Below, in pieces: positions 1 to 8,673 of a stretch of 24,000 nucleotides of DNA (its first letter is position 1; the number at the start of each line of letters is the position of its first letter). Both the position numbers and the translations under genes were made by a program. The notes under the pieces are model-generated. The model was given only the letters and a program-made list of their open reading frames with translations, searched no databases and was not told the origin of the DNA. Source of the DNA: Clostridium sp. OS1-26. Its GTDB lineage: Bacteria; Bacillota; Clostridia; Clostridiales; Clostridiaceae. The stretch spans positions 3,357,208 through 3,381,207 of the forward strand of contig NZ_CP133264.1 of NCBI RefSeq assembly GCF_030915445.1. The letters run 5' to 3'.

Positions 1-1268
1 CAAAGGCTCTTGATAAGGCACTTGAAATTTCTAAAAGCCTTGGATTTAAGACTTACAAAGAAGAAGAAGGATATTATGGATATGCAGAGTATGGTGAAGG
101 AGAAGATTATGTGGCAGTTCTTGGCCACATGGATATAGTTCCAGAAGGAGACAACTGGATTCATCCACCATATGGAGCAGAAATTCATGAGGATAAAATT
201 TTTGGAAGAGGTACGCTGGATGATAAGGGTCCAATAATGGCAGCGCTTTTTGGATTGAAGGCTATAAAGGAACTTAATATGCCTCTTTCAAAGAAAATTA
301 GAATTATCTTTGGAACAAATGAAGAAACAGGAAGTGCTGAAATGCATGTTTACAATAAGAAAGAAAAGGCTCCAGTTGCTGGATTTACACCAGATGCTAT
401 GTACCCACTTATAAATGCAGAAAAAGGTATAAGAAGATTCCATGTTGTTAAGTCTTTAAGTCCTTGCAGCTGTGGAACTGCAATTAAATCAATAAAGGGT
501 GGACTAAGACCTAACATGGTTCCAGACAAATGTGAAATTGTAATAGCTACAAAGGATGCAGAAAGCATTATCAAAGCTGTAAAAGAATTTGCAGCTAACA
601 CAGGATACAATATGAAAGCTGAAATTGTTAATGGAGATGTTGTTATACAATCTTTTGGAGTATCAGCTCATGGCAGCACTCCAGAATTAGGGAAAAATGC
701 TGTAATGTATGCACTGCAGTTTTTAGGAACAATTGCCAAAGGAACTTGTGGCCTTGCAGATTATATCAATTTCTTTAACAAGAATGTTGGATTAGAAACA
801 GAGGGTACTTCACTTGGAATAGCATGTGAAGATAAACCATCAGGAAAATTATCTTTAAATGCTGGAGTGGCTGACTTTAGCGAAGAAATGGCAGATATTT
901 GGATAGACATGAGATACCCTGTTACAATGAAGGGTGATGAAATAATGAATAAGCTTTCTCAAAGATTTTCTGAATGTGGTGCTAAAATAGAGAGAGTAGA
1001 TGCTGACGAGCCTCTTTATTATGCAGAAGATAGTGATCTAGTTAAAACTCTTCTTAAAGTTTACAATGAGCAGACAGGTGAAGAAGGAAAAGCTTATGGA
1101 ATAGGTGGAGGAACCTATGCTAAGGAACTTCCAAACGTAGTTGGTTTTGGACCAATATTCCCAGGAAAGCCAGATCTTGATCATCAAGCTAATGAGTACA
1201 TTGAAATTGGCGACCTTATGATGAATGCCAAAATATATGCTCATACAGTGTATGAACTTGCAAAATAA
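1..1268 (+). CDS. pepV: M20A-family dipeptidase (PepV-like), 5'-truncated by the window edge
   Basis: The frame stays open from base 3 (KALDKALEISKSLGFKTYKEEEGYYGYAEYGEGEDYVAVLGHMDIVPEG...), so the GTG at 111 in the ORF track is internal. M20 motifs are present: LGHMDIVP, GRGTLDDKGP, FGTNEETG, and C-terminal GGGTYAK / DHQANE. Stop codon ends at 1268 and a hairpin terminator follows. Confidence 0.85.
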   Translation, partial: KALDKALEISKSLGFKTYKEEEGYYGYAEYGEGEDYVAVLGHMDIVPEGDNWIHPPYGAEIHEDKIFGRGTLDDKGPIMAALFGLKAIKELNMPLSKKIRIIFGTNEETGSAEMHVYNKKEKAPVAGFTPDAMYPLINAEKGIRRFHVVKSLSPCSCGTAIKSIKGGLRPNMVPDKCEIVIATKDAESIIKAVKEFAANTGYNMKAEIVNGDVVIQSFGVSAHGSTPELGKNAVMYALQFLGTIAKGTCGLADYINFFNKNVGLETEGTSLGIACEDKPSGKLSLNAGVADFSEEMADIWIDMRYPVTMKGDEIMNKLSQRFSECGAKIERVDADEPLYYAEDSDLVKTLLKVYNEQTGEEGKAYGIGGGTYAKELPNVVGFGPIFPGKPDLDHQANEYIEIGDLMMNAKIYAHTVYELAK

Positions 1269-1277
1269 TTTAAAATT

Positions 1278-1309
1278 AAAAGCGACTGGTAAAAATCAGT
1301 CGCTTTTTG
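1278..1309. terminator. Bidirectional intrinsic terminator between convergent genes
   Basis: AAAAGCGACTG-gtaaaaat-CAGTCGCTTTTTG. The stem is perfect, with an A-run upstream and a T-run downstream. It lies between the pepV stop (1268) and the stop of the minus-strand gene (1335). Confidence 0.8.
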
Positions 1310-1334
1310 CCTTATAGAGCCAGATGATATAATA

Positions 1335-1706
1335 CTAAAGCGTTTGCGTTGCAGATGTAACTGTTATCTCTAAAACCCTGCTTAGGAAAGGGTATTTTTC
1401 TTTCATCATATCAAATTCTGAACCTGATTCAACGAATTTTGCAGTTCCTTCAATTAAGAAGCCTGTACCCAAGCGTTTATATCCCATAACTTCTTTACTT
1501 CCTACAGTTACTTTAACTTTATTATTTAATTCTACGTTCTTTTGAGTTTTACGCATCCCAGCAGCTGGTATTAATAATCTACCATCTTCAGTAGTATTAA
1601 TATATGAGTTCCAAGTATTAACGACATGCACTTCGTTATTACTGCAGGAGGCTATGGCTGTCACTCCTTCGTGAGAAATAACTTCAAGTAATTTTTCGTT
1701 TAACAT
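1335..1706 (-). CDS. Pyridoxamine 5'-phosphate oxidase-like (FMN-binding split-barrel) family protein
   Basis: 123 aa with the typical small PNPOx-like layout (VTAIASCSNNEVHVVNTWNSY..., LLIPAAGMRKTQKNVELNNKVKVTV, GFLIEGTAKF). RBS GGAGGA lies 7 nt before the ATG. It sits 22 nt downstream of the CGGC gene, so probably the same operon. Confidence 0.65.
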   Translation of the reverse strand: MLNEKLLEVISHEGVTAIASCSNNEVHVVNTWNSYINTTEDGRLLIPAAGMRKTQKNVELNNKVKVTVGSKEVMGYKRLGTGFLIEGTAKFVESGSEFDMMKEKYPFLSRVLEITVTSATQTL

Positions 1707-1728
1707 TTATGATTCCTCCTCTAAAATT

Positions 1729-2148
1729 TTATGAATCACTGTAACAATTATAAATACCTTCTTCTCTCTTCTTTTCTGCATTTTTACTTATGAAAGATCC
1801 TTCTATAATATTTTTATAACCCTTTTTTAATACAATATTCTTTATATAGTCAACATGAGGGCATCTATCGTAATGATGATGGTCAGTTGTCATACAAGAA
1901 GATAAGTGTACAGCAACTTCATCTTTACCTATATTATTTTCTATTCTTAACTTTTTAGAAAGATGTTCTAATTTAGCAGCAACTCCCTTACCACAGCAGC
2001 CACCGCAGGTAAAGGAAATGTATCTAGTGTCGTCATTATAGTTCTTAAAGACTTCCTCTCTATTATAAAAAGCATTTGTACAAGCGAATCCGCTGCAGCG
2101 TCTATGTGCAATATCACATTGAATAATAACCACATATTTTGTATTCAT
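1729..2148 (-). CDS. CGGC domain-containing protein (Cys-rich, function unknown)
   Basis: 139 aa with IIQCDIAHRRCSGFAC and the literal FTCGGCCGKG motif, plus a later HLSSCMTTDHHHYDRCPH cluster. RBS GGGGGAGA precedes the ATG. Confidence 0.7.
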   Translation of the reverse strand: MNTKYVVIIQCDIAHRRCSGFACTNAFYNREEVFKNYNDDTRYISFTCGGCCGKGVAAKLEHLSKKLRIENNIGKDEVAVHLSSCMTTDHHHYDRCPHVDYIKNIVLKKGYKNIIEGSFISKNAEKKREEGIYNCYSDS

Positions 2149-2225
2149 TGATTTCTCCCCCTCTTTAAAAATAATTATCTAATTTTTTCAAATAAACTAT
2201 CTGAAAAGTATTCATTACGAGCCCG

Positions 2226-2254
2226 TTGACTTTTCGATAAAACAATTATACAAT
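2226..2254 (+). promoter_or_regulatory. SigA-type promoter for the MocR-family regulator gene
   Basis: TTGACT (2226-2231), a 17-nt spacer, then TACAAT (2249-2254), about 75 nt upstream of the ATG at 2329. Direct repeats CAAAGTG (2255-2261) and AAAAGTG (2270-2276) follow immediately. Confidence 0.55.
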
Positions 2255-2328
2255 CAAAGTGTAATGTTCAAAAGTGCCAGTTTTGATTATTTTATAGGAT
2301 ACAGTTTGTGAGGAGAGTGTTTTTTAAA

Positions 2329-3747
2329 ATGATTATTTTAAATAACGATTCTAGTGTTCCACTATATTTGCAGATTTACGAGCAGATAAAAGAAGAAATA
2401 ATTTCAGGACAAATTTCAGAAGGCAGCAAGCTCCCTTCAACGCGGACGCTTTCAGCAACATTAAATGTCAGCAGAAATACAGTTGAAAGTGCGTATCTAC
2501 AGCTCTATTCAGAAGGATACGTTGCAAGTAAAGCAGGTAGCAGGTTTATTGTTCTAAAATTAGATAGCTTAATAATCTCAAAGCTAAAAGGAGAAAAGCT
2601 TAAAAATAATGAAGAACATGAGAAGATAATATCTGAAGCAGATTATAATAATTATAAATATGATTTTCAGTATGGAAACTTAAGTGCTGATGATTTTCCA
2701 TTAAGTTTATGGAAGAAAATTTCAAACAAATGTTTATCATCTATAAATGCTGAAGATATGACTTCATATAAAGCAAGAAAAGGGGAAGCGGAATTACAAA
2801 TAGAAATTATGAAATACTTGAATAAATCAAGAGGCGTTTCTTGTAATCCGGAACAAATCATTATTTCCTCAGGCATGGAATACTGTTTAAGCATACTATG
2901 CCAGTTACTTAGAGGAGATTTTAATCAAATAGCTTTAGAAGATCCAGGCTATGTTGGTGCAAGGGATATATTTATCAATAACGGGCATAATGTTATTCCA
3001 ATTGGTTTGGATAAGGATGGAATTAATATTGAAGAATTAGAGAATAGTTCAGCAAAGATAGTTTATATAACACCTTCGCATCAATTTCCAACTGGAGCAG
3101 TGATGCCAATCCAAAAGAGATTAAAGCTGTTGGATTGGGCTATAAGAACAAATGGAATTATAATTGAAGATGATTATGATAGTGAGCTTCGATATAATTC
3201 AAGACCTATTCCATCAATACAAAGTATTGCTTCAAAAGAATCTGTTGTTTATATAGGCACATTTTCAAAATCTTTGTCACCTAGCTTACGTGTAAATTAT
3301 ATGGTATTGCCACAATCATTAATGGAAAGGTATGATAAACTTTTCAATAGCTATCAGGCAGCTGTCCCAATAATTCAACAAAAAATAATCCAACAGTTTA
3401 TGTATTTAGGTCATTGGGATAGACATTTAAGAAAAATATGTCTTTCAAACAAAAGAAAACATGATATATTAGTTCATACAATTCATGAATTGATGGGAGA
3501 TAAGGTTATTATCCATGGGAAAAACGCGGGCTTGCATATTTTACTGGAGTTCAATAATGGATTGTGTGAAGAAGAGGCAATAAAAAAAGCTAGAGATCAT
3601 GGTATCATAGTATATCCAGTATTACCGTTCTGGATGAGGCAAGATAGATATTCTAATAATATGATTTTGCTTGGTTTTGGAAGTGTGCCAGAAAGTGAAA
3701 TTGTTGAAGGTATAAAGATGCTTGACCACGCATGGTTCAACGATTAA
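2329..3747 (+). CDS. MocR/PdxR-type transcriptional regulator (GntR wHTH fused to a PLP-dependent aminotransferase-like domain)
   Basis: N-terminal GntR HTH (PLYLQIYEQIKEEIISGQISEGSKLPSTRTLSATLNVSRNTVESAYLQLYSEGYV). C-terminal fold-type-I aminotransferase domain with the lysine motif YIGTFSKSLSPSLRVNYM. I prefer the ATG at 2329, which follows AGGAGAG, over the GTG at 2308 in the ORF track. Confidence 0.85.
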   Translation: MIILNNDSSVPLYLQIYEQIKEEIISGQISEGSKLPSTRTLSATLNVSRNTVESAYLQLYSEGYVASKAGSRFIVLKLDSLIISKLKGEKLKNNEEHEKIISEADYNNYKYDFQYGNLSADDFPLSLWKKISNKCLSSINAEDMTSYKARKGEAELQIEIMKYLNKSRGVSCNPEQIIISSGMEYCLSILCQLLRGDFNQIALEDPGYVGARDIFINNGHNVIPIGLDKDGINIEELENSSAKIVYITPSHQFPTGAVMPIQKRLKLLDWAIRTNGIIIEDDYDSELRYNSRPIPSIQSIASKESVVYIGTFSKSLSPSLRVNYMVLPQSLMERYDKLFNSYQAAVPIIQQKIIQQFMYLGHWDRHLRKICLSNKRKHDILVHTIHELMGDKVIIHGKNAGLHILLEFNNGLCEEEAIKKARDHGIIVYPVLPFWMRQDRYSNNMILLGFGSVPESEIVEGIKMLDHAWFND

Positions 3748-3799
3748 TGATATGCTTTTAAAAAGAGATTAAAAAAGTCTGAGAAAGGAATTCTAATTT

Positions 3800-4339
3800 A
3801 TGTTTGAAATTGAATATGATTTAACAAGAGAAGATTATATAGAATACAATATGAACCATATGGCAACATCTAAAACGATGAAACGTACATTGTTTATACA
3901 ACAATACATAATATCATTAATGTTTATAGTTGCACCATTTTTCTTTGTAAGGATTACAAAAGCACCTTTTAAGTTTTGGTTAACTGTATTCTTAATTACA
4001 TATTTGTTATGGGTAATTTTCTATCCAAAATATTTTAAATTAGTAGTAAAAAGAAGGATAAACAAAATGCTCGATGAAGGCAAACAAGAAAATCTTTTTG
4101 GTAGATATAGCATATTAATAACACATGAAGGGATTTTAGAAAATAGCAATATGGGTCAATCTAACACTAACTGGAATGCCGTTGAGAGACTTATAGAGAC
4201 TGAAGAATATATTTATATCTATATAAGTCCTGTAAATGCCTATATTGTTCCCAAAAGAGTTTTTCAGGATGCAATGCGTAAGAGTGAGTTTATAAATTTA
4301 ATTGAGCAATATAGTGGAGTAGTTAAGGAGAACTTATAA
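3800..4339 (+). CDS. YcxB-like membrane protein (two N-terminal TM helices plus a cytoplasmic YcxB-type domain)
   Basis: 179 aa. The opening EYDLTREDYIEYNMNH, two hydrophobic helices, and then WNAVERLIETEEYIYIYISPVNAYIVPKRVF are typical of the YcxB family. No terminator separates it from the MocR gene. Confidence 0.6.
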   Translation: MFEIEYDLTREDYIEYNMNHMATSKTMKRTLFIQQYIISLMFIVAPFFFVRITKAPFKFWLTVFLITYLLWVIFYPKYFKLVVKRRINKMLDEGKQENLFGRYSILITHEGILENSNMGQSNTNWNAVERLIETEEYIYIYISPVNAYIVPKRVFQDAMRKSEFINLIEQYSGVVKENL

Positions 4340-4394
4340 AATTTAAATATAGCTAACCTAGCAAATTTTTTTCATAAAAGTAAATAGCAAGATT

Positions 4395-4430
4395 AAGCCT
4401 GTATTCATTAAGTATACAGGCTTTTGATTT
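4395..4430 (+). terminator. Intrinsic terminator after the YcxB-like gene
   Basis: AAGCCTGTAT-tcattaagt-ATACAGGCTT followed by TTGATTTTT. Confidence 0.75.
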
Positions 4431-4721
4431 TTAGTTTAATTCTTTATACCTTTTCAAAATTGGTGAGGTTACCTCTTTAAAGTAAATATAATTTACCAAG
4501 TATTTTAATAAGTTTGAAATTTAAAACAATACTTTTTTAGTAGTGTTTAGTGTATATTTATGCGCCTCAAAATATAGCTTTATAATTGCACAAATCAGAA
4601 CACTTTGCAAAATAAATTAACCTTTCTGAAAAATTTAAATCAAATTGTAAAAACAGTGACGTATTTTTAAGCGTTTTGAAGAAAAACTTAAATAATTTCG
4701 ATGAAATGTTTATTTCATAAT

Positions 4722-4750
4722 TTGACGGATTATAATATATTTTTTATTAT
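4722..4750 (+). promoter_or_regulatory. Candidate SigA promoter for the amino-acid permease
   Basis: TTGACG (4722-4727), 17 nt, then TATTAT (4745-4750), about 65 nt upstream of the ATG at 4817. The background is very AT-rich, so a chance match is possible. Confidence 0.3.
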
Positions 4751-4816
4751 TATAAAGTATTTAGTTAATTTATAAACAAAATTTTTAGTAAGAGATGCAA
4801 AAGGAGGTCTAAAAGA

Positions 4817-6226
4817 ATGAGTTCTATTTTCAAGAAAAAAAGTGTAGATTCGGTTTTAGAACGTCACGAATCTGCATCACTAGAAAAAACTCTTGGTTCC
4901 TTTGACGTAACCTTAATGAGTATTGGTGCAGTTATAGGAACAGGTGTTATGGTTCTAACAGGACTTGTAGCATCAAGAGATGCAGGTCCAGCAGTTGTAT
5001 TATCATTTATTTGTTCTGCAATAGTATGTATGCTTGTTGGTTTATGCTATGCTGAATTTGCAGCATCTATACCAACCTCTGGTAGTTCTTATGCTTACAT
5101 CTATGTATCTTTAGGTGAAATAATTGCTCACCTCGTAGGATGGTCGCTTGTTATAGGATATACCGTAAGCACATCCTCTGTTGCAGGTGGTTGGGCAGCT
5201 TATTTTAATGGCTTTATAGGTGAATTTGGGATACATATACCTAAACAGTTTGTAACTATTCCAAGTCAGGGAGGTATAATGAATCTCCCAGCAACTATAG
5301 TAATACTATTGGTTACTTACCTACTTTCAAGAGGAACAAAAGAAAGTAAGAAAGTAAACAACTTTATGGTTATAGTAAAAGTTGCTGTTATAGTTTTATT
5401 CATAGCTGTAGGTGCTTTCTTTATAAAACCTCAAAACTGGCATCCATTTATGCCATTTGGTTTAAAAGGAGTGTTTGCAGGGGCGGCATCTGTTTTCTTT
5501 GCATTTACAGGATTTGATGCAGTTTCAACTTCTGCTGAAGAAGTAAAGAATCCACAAAGGGATCTTCCGATAGGAATCATTGCTTCATTAATTATTTGTA
5601 CAATTATATATGTTGTGGTTTGTTTAGTTTTAACTGGTATTACTCATTACTCGCTATTAAATGTTGGAGATGCAATGGCATTCGCACTAAATGAAGTTGG
5701 ACAAGGCTGGGCTGCCTCCATTCTTTCAATTGGTGCAGTCGTAGGAATTACAGCAGTTATGTTAGCCTATATTTTTGGTACATCCCGTATACTATTCTCA
5801 ATGAGTCGTGACGGATTACTTCCAAAGGCATTTTCTAATATAAATGCAAAAACAAATGTGCCAACTTTCTCAACTTGGCTAACAGGTTGTACTGCTGCTT
5901 TAATAGCAGGTGTTGTTGATCTTAAACAATTAGCAGACCTTGCAAACATGACTCTTATATCAACATTCATGCTTGTTGCTGCATCTGTAATCGTATTAAG
6001 AAAAACTCATCCAAACTTAAAGAGAAGCTTTAAGACTCCATTAGTACCATTAGTGCCAATACTAGCAGTAGTATTCAGCCTATTCTTAATGTCTAACTTA
6101 TCAAAGACAACTTGGATATATTTCTTAACATGGTTAGCGTTAGGAATTATAGTTTACTTTACATATTCACGTAAAAACAGTTCACTACAAAATGCAAATA
6201 AGCCTTCAATAAAAAAGGCTGCATAA
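4817..6226 (+). CDS. APC-superfamily amino acid permease (cationic amino acid transporter / YfnA-like)
   Basis: 469 aa and polytopic (about 12 TM by eye). It carries the N-terminal signature LEKTLGSFDVTLMSIGAVIGTGVMVLTG and FAFTGFDAVSTSAEEVKNPQRDLP. Strong RBS AAAGGAGG. Confidence 0.85.
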   Translation: MSSIFKKKSVDSVLERHESASLEKTLGSFDVTLMSIGAVIGTGVMVLTGLVASRDAGPAVVLSFICSAIVCMLVGLCYAEFAASIPTSGSSYAYIYVSLGEIIAHLVGWSLVIGYTVSTSSVAGGWAAYFNGFIGEFGIHIPKQFVTIPSQGGIMNLPATIVILLVTYLLSRGTKESKKVNNFMVIVKVAVIVLFIAVGAFFIKPQNWHPFMPFGLKGVFAGAASVFFAFTGFDAVSTSAEEVKNPQRDLPIGIIASLIICTIIYVVVCLVLTGITHYSLLNVGDAMAFALNEVGQGWAASILSIGAVVGITAVMLAYIFGTSRILFSMSRDGLLPKAFSNINAKTNVPTFSTWLTGCTAALIAGVVDLKQLADLANMTLISTFMLVAASVIVLRKTHPNLKRSFKTPLVPLVPILAVVFSLFLMSNLSKTTWIYFLTWLALGIIVYFTYSRKNSSLQNANKPSIKKAA

Positions 6227-6267
6227 GTAAATCGCTATTATAAATAAATAATAAATAATTAATAAAT

Positions 6268-6315
6268 AGCTTATCTTACTTTAAGGATGTCTCCTAAAGC
6301 AAGGTAAGCTTTTAT
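6268..6315. terminator. Bidirectional terminator between the permease (+) and the C-S lyase (-)
   Basis: AGCTTATCTTACTTTAAGGA-tgtc-TCCTAAAGCAAGGTAAGCT. The stem is imperfect, about 19 bp. TTTTATTAT follows on the plus strand and ATTTATTAATTATTT on the minus strand. Confidence 0.65.
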
Positions 6316-6323
6316 TATATTCT

Positions 6324-7508
6324 TTAATGTGATGTTTTAATAACTTTTTTCATTCTGCTTAAAGCCTCTTCAATATTACTTCTTTGAGTACCTAAATTTA
6401 TTCTTATATAACCTTCGCCATCTTTAACAAAGTGCTCACCATTTTCAACTAAAATACCTGCTTCTAAAGATAATTTACTGGTAATTTCGCTAGATGTTAA
6501 TCCAGTATTTTTAATATCTATCCATGCTAAATATGAGGACTCCATTTTCATTAATTTTAAACTAGGTATATTTTCTTCAATATACTTTCCCAAGAATTCA
6601 TAGTTTTCTCTTATATAATTAGTTACTTCCTTGAGCCACTGTCTTCCTTCATTATAAGCAGTTACTAAACCTAACACACCAAAGGAATTAGGGGAAGTTA
6701 TGGAATTCTGAGATAACTTATTTCTAAATTTGTTTCTAATATTTTCGTTACAAATTATAGAATAAGAAGTTTTTAATCCTCCAAGATTAAAGGCTTTGTT
6801 AGGTGAAGTTAGTAAAATAACATTTTCTAATAGTTCTTTATCTAACTTTAGTATAGAATTAAATTTTCCATAATGTATGTGTTCTGCATGGACTTCATCG
6901 GCTACCAAAATAGTTCCGTTCTCCTTACATAACTTTGCTATTTGTGTTAACTCTTCTATGGACCATATTCTGCCTGAAGGATTATGTGGAGAACAAAATA
7001 AGTATAACTTAGGCTTATATTTTTCTAACTGTTCTTTTAAAGCTTCAAAATTTATATAATACCTGTCATCTATTATTTCTAGAGTGTTATATACTCTATA
7101 TACTTCCTGTCTTTTTGCTGCTGAATCAAAGGGATCGTAAACTGGAGTATTCATAAGTATATAGTCTCTTTTTTCACAAAAAGCCTGTATCACATAATGA
7201 ATGGTAGACACAGTTCCATAGGAAAGAGTTATCCAATCTTTGTCCACTTCCACATCATGAATATCCCTTTGCCAGCTTTTAACCGCATTGTAAAAATCGT
7301 CATGACAATAGGTATATCCGAATACGCCTCTCTTAACAGCTTGTAAAAAAGTCTTTTCTATTTCCTCAGGTATTTTAAAATCCATATCAGCAATCCAAAG
7401 GGGAATAAAGTCATCAGGTACTTCACCATATATGTTTCTTATTATATTTATATCCCACTTACGGCACTTTTCACTAATTCTATCTACTTTTTCATTAAAG
7501 TTATACAT
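6324..7508 (-). CDS. patB: PatB/MalY-family PLP-dependent C-S beta-lyase (cystathionine beta-lyase-like aminotransferase class I/II)
   Basis: 394 aa. The opening FNEKVDRISEKCRKWD, WIADMDFKIPEEI, and PLP-lysine motif SPNKAFNLGGLK match the MalY/PatB subfamily. Its ATG lies 1 nt after the upstream gene's stop and its GGAGGT RBS is inside that gene, which suggests translational coupling. Confidence 0.8.
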   Translation of the reverse strand: MYNFNEKVDRISEKCRKWDINIIRNIYGEVPDDFIPLWIADMDFKIPEEIEKTFLQAVKRGVFGYTYCHDDFYNAVKSWQRDIHDVEVDKDWITLSYGTVSTIHYVIQAFCEKRDYILMNTPVYDPFDSAAKRQEVYRVYNTLEIIDDRYYINFEALKEQLEKYKPKLYLFCSPHNPSGRIWSIEELTQIAKLCKENGTILVADEVHAEHIHYGKFNSILKLDKELLENVILLTSPNKAFNLGGLKTSYSIICNENIRNKFRNKLSQNSITSPNSFGVLGLVTAYNEGRQWLKEVTNYIRENYEFLGKYIEENIPSLKLMKMESSYLAWIDIKNTGLTSSEITSKLSLEAGILVENGEHFVKDGEGYIRINLGTQRSNIEEALSRMKKVIKTSH

Positions 7509-7509
7509 A

Positions 7510-8589
7510 TTAATTACCTCCTATAACTATTAAATCCTTTGAGCTCTTTGTCAGTCTTTCACCACAATCTTTTCTAACTAAAACGTCATCTTCTATTCTT
7601 ACGCCTCCAACATTAGGTATATAAATGCCAGGTTCTATAGTTATTATCATGCCTTCATGTAAAAGGTCCTTTCCGTTAGGGGAGAGAGCGGGATATTCAT
7701 GAACTAAGATGCCAACGCCGTGTCCTAAGTTATGTCCAAAATAATCTCCATAACCAGCATCACTAATTATTTTTCTTGCAATATAATCTAATTCTCCAAC
7801 GGTTATTCCTGCTTTAACTGCTTTTAATGCTTCCTCACCAGCTTTTTTTACAATTTCATATACTTCTAGTAAATCCTTAGGACAACTACCTAATGCAACA
7901 GTTCTAGTTATATCTGAAGAATATTTGTTGTATTTAACTCCAAAATCCATAGTTATTAATTCTCCATTTTCTATAACCTTGCGGCTTGCTTTACCATGTG
8001 GCAGAGCTCCTCTGCCCCCTGATGCAACGATTATATCAAAGGATTCTTTTTCTCCGCCTTGCTCTTTGATAAATCTAACAAGTTCATTTTCTACATCTAT
8101 TTCAGTGATGCCTGCTCTTATAAAACCAACAATATGATTAAAGGCATCATCTGCTATTTTGCAAGCTTCCTTTATATGTTCTAATTCTGCTTTATCTTTA
8201 ATTTTTCTTAACTCATCTAAATTTAATGATATAAAATTAGTTTTTAAATTACTTTCCATATCTTTATAGAAGTCGTAAGGAACCTCTTTTCCTTCAAAGC
8301 CTATGCTGCTGATATTTTCTTCTTTAATTATAGAGTTCATAATATAGTTAAAGCTTTTTTCTTTTGTAACCATTATAATATTAAAGTCATTATTACACTT
8401 TTTCATTTCTTCATAATATCTAAAATCAACTAATATATACTTATTTTTTCTTGTAATAAAAACATACCCTGAGCCACTATGAAGATTTGCAATGTAATAT
8501 TTATTATGAGGACTTGTAAGTAATACTGCGTCAATATTATTATCTTTTAAGATAGTTCTTAATGAATTTACTCTTTTTTCTCTGTCCAT
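7510..8589 (-). CDS. M24B-family Xaa-Pro aminopeptidase/dipeptidase
   Basis: 359 aa with a creatinase-like N-domain and a pita-bread domain carrying metal ligands: DFGVKYNKYSSDITRT, HNLGHGVGILVHEYP, ITIEPGIY, GVRIEDDVLV. RBS AGGAGA. Confidence 0.85.
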   Translation of the reverse strand: MDREKRVNSLRTILKDNNIDAVLLTSPHNKYYIANLHSGSGYVFITRKNKYILVDFRYYEEMKKCNNDFNIIMVTKEKSFNYIMNSIIKEENISSIGFEGKEVPYDFYKDMESNLKTNFISLNLDELRKIKDKAELEHIKEACKIADDAFNHIVGFIRAGITEIDVENELVRFIKEQGGEKESFDIIVASGGRGALPHGKASRKVIENGELITMDFGVKYNKYSSDITRTVALGSCPKDLLEVYEIVKKAGEEALKAVKAGITVGELDYIARKIISDAGYGDYFGHNLGHGVGILVHEYPALSPNGKDLLHEGMIITIEPGIYIPNVGGVRIEDDVLVRKDCGERLTKSSKDLIVIGGN

Positions 8590-8618
8590 ATAAATTTCTC
8601 CTAAATTAAAATTGTTCT

Positions 8619-8668
8619 AAAAGCTATAGGTTTGGAAGCATAAGTATTTCTTATGCCGCCAAACCTAT
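8619..8668 (-). terminator. Intra-cluster stem-loop (possible partial terminator or processing site) between PTS IIC and the M24 peptidase
   Basis: Minus strand: ATAGGTTTGGCGGCATAAG-aaata-CTTATGCTTCCAAACCTAT followed by AGCTTTTAG. The stem is 19 bp with 2 mismatches. It begins 5 nt after the IIC stop. Confidence 0.5.
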
Positions 8669-8673
8669 CTCTA

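Noticed and set aside
111-113. GTG at 111 as the start of the first dipeptidase.
   Set aside because: The frame is open back to base 3, and the upstream residues (..YAEYGEGEDYVAVLGHMD) belong to the conserved M20 core. The gene is truncated by the window edge rather than starting here.
46-1244. ORF-track entries 46..234(-), 350..610(-) and 1038..1244(-).
   Set aside because: They lie antisense, entirely inside the well-supported PepV-like gene. They have no RBS and low-complexity or odd composition, so they are shadow ORFs.
4431-4816. The roughly 390-bp leader before the amino-acid permease as a possible T-box or lysine riboswitch.
   Set aside because: There is no T-box motif (GGUGGUACCGCG-like), no specifier or antiterminator arrangement and no L-box core on the plus strand. 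The only GAGGCGC-like string (about 4561-4567) is on the minus strand, pointing away from any gene. The region simply looks like AT-rich promoter DNA.
6227-6267. The AT-only run ATAAATAAATAATAAATAATTAATAAATA as a tandem repeat or microsatellite.
   Set aside because: There is no consistent repeat unit. It is low-complexity A/T spacer adjacent to the bidirectional terminator.
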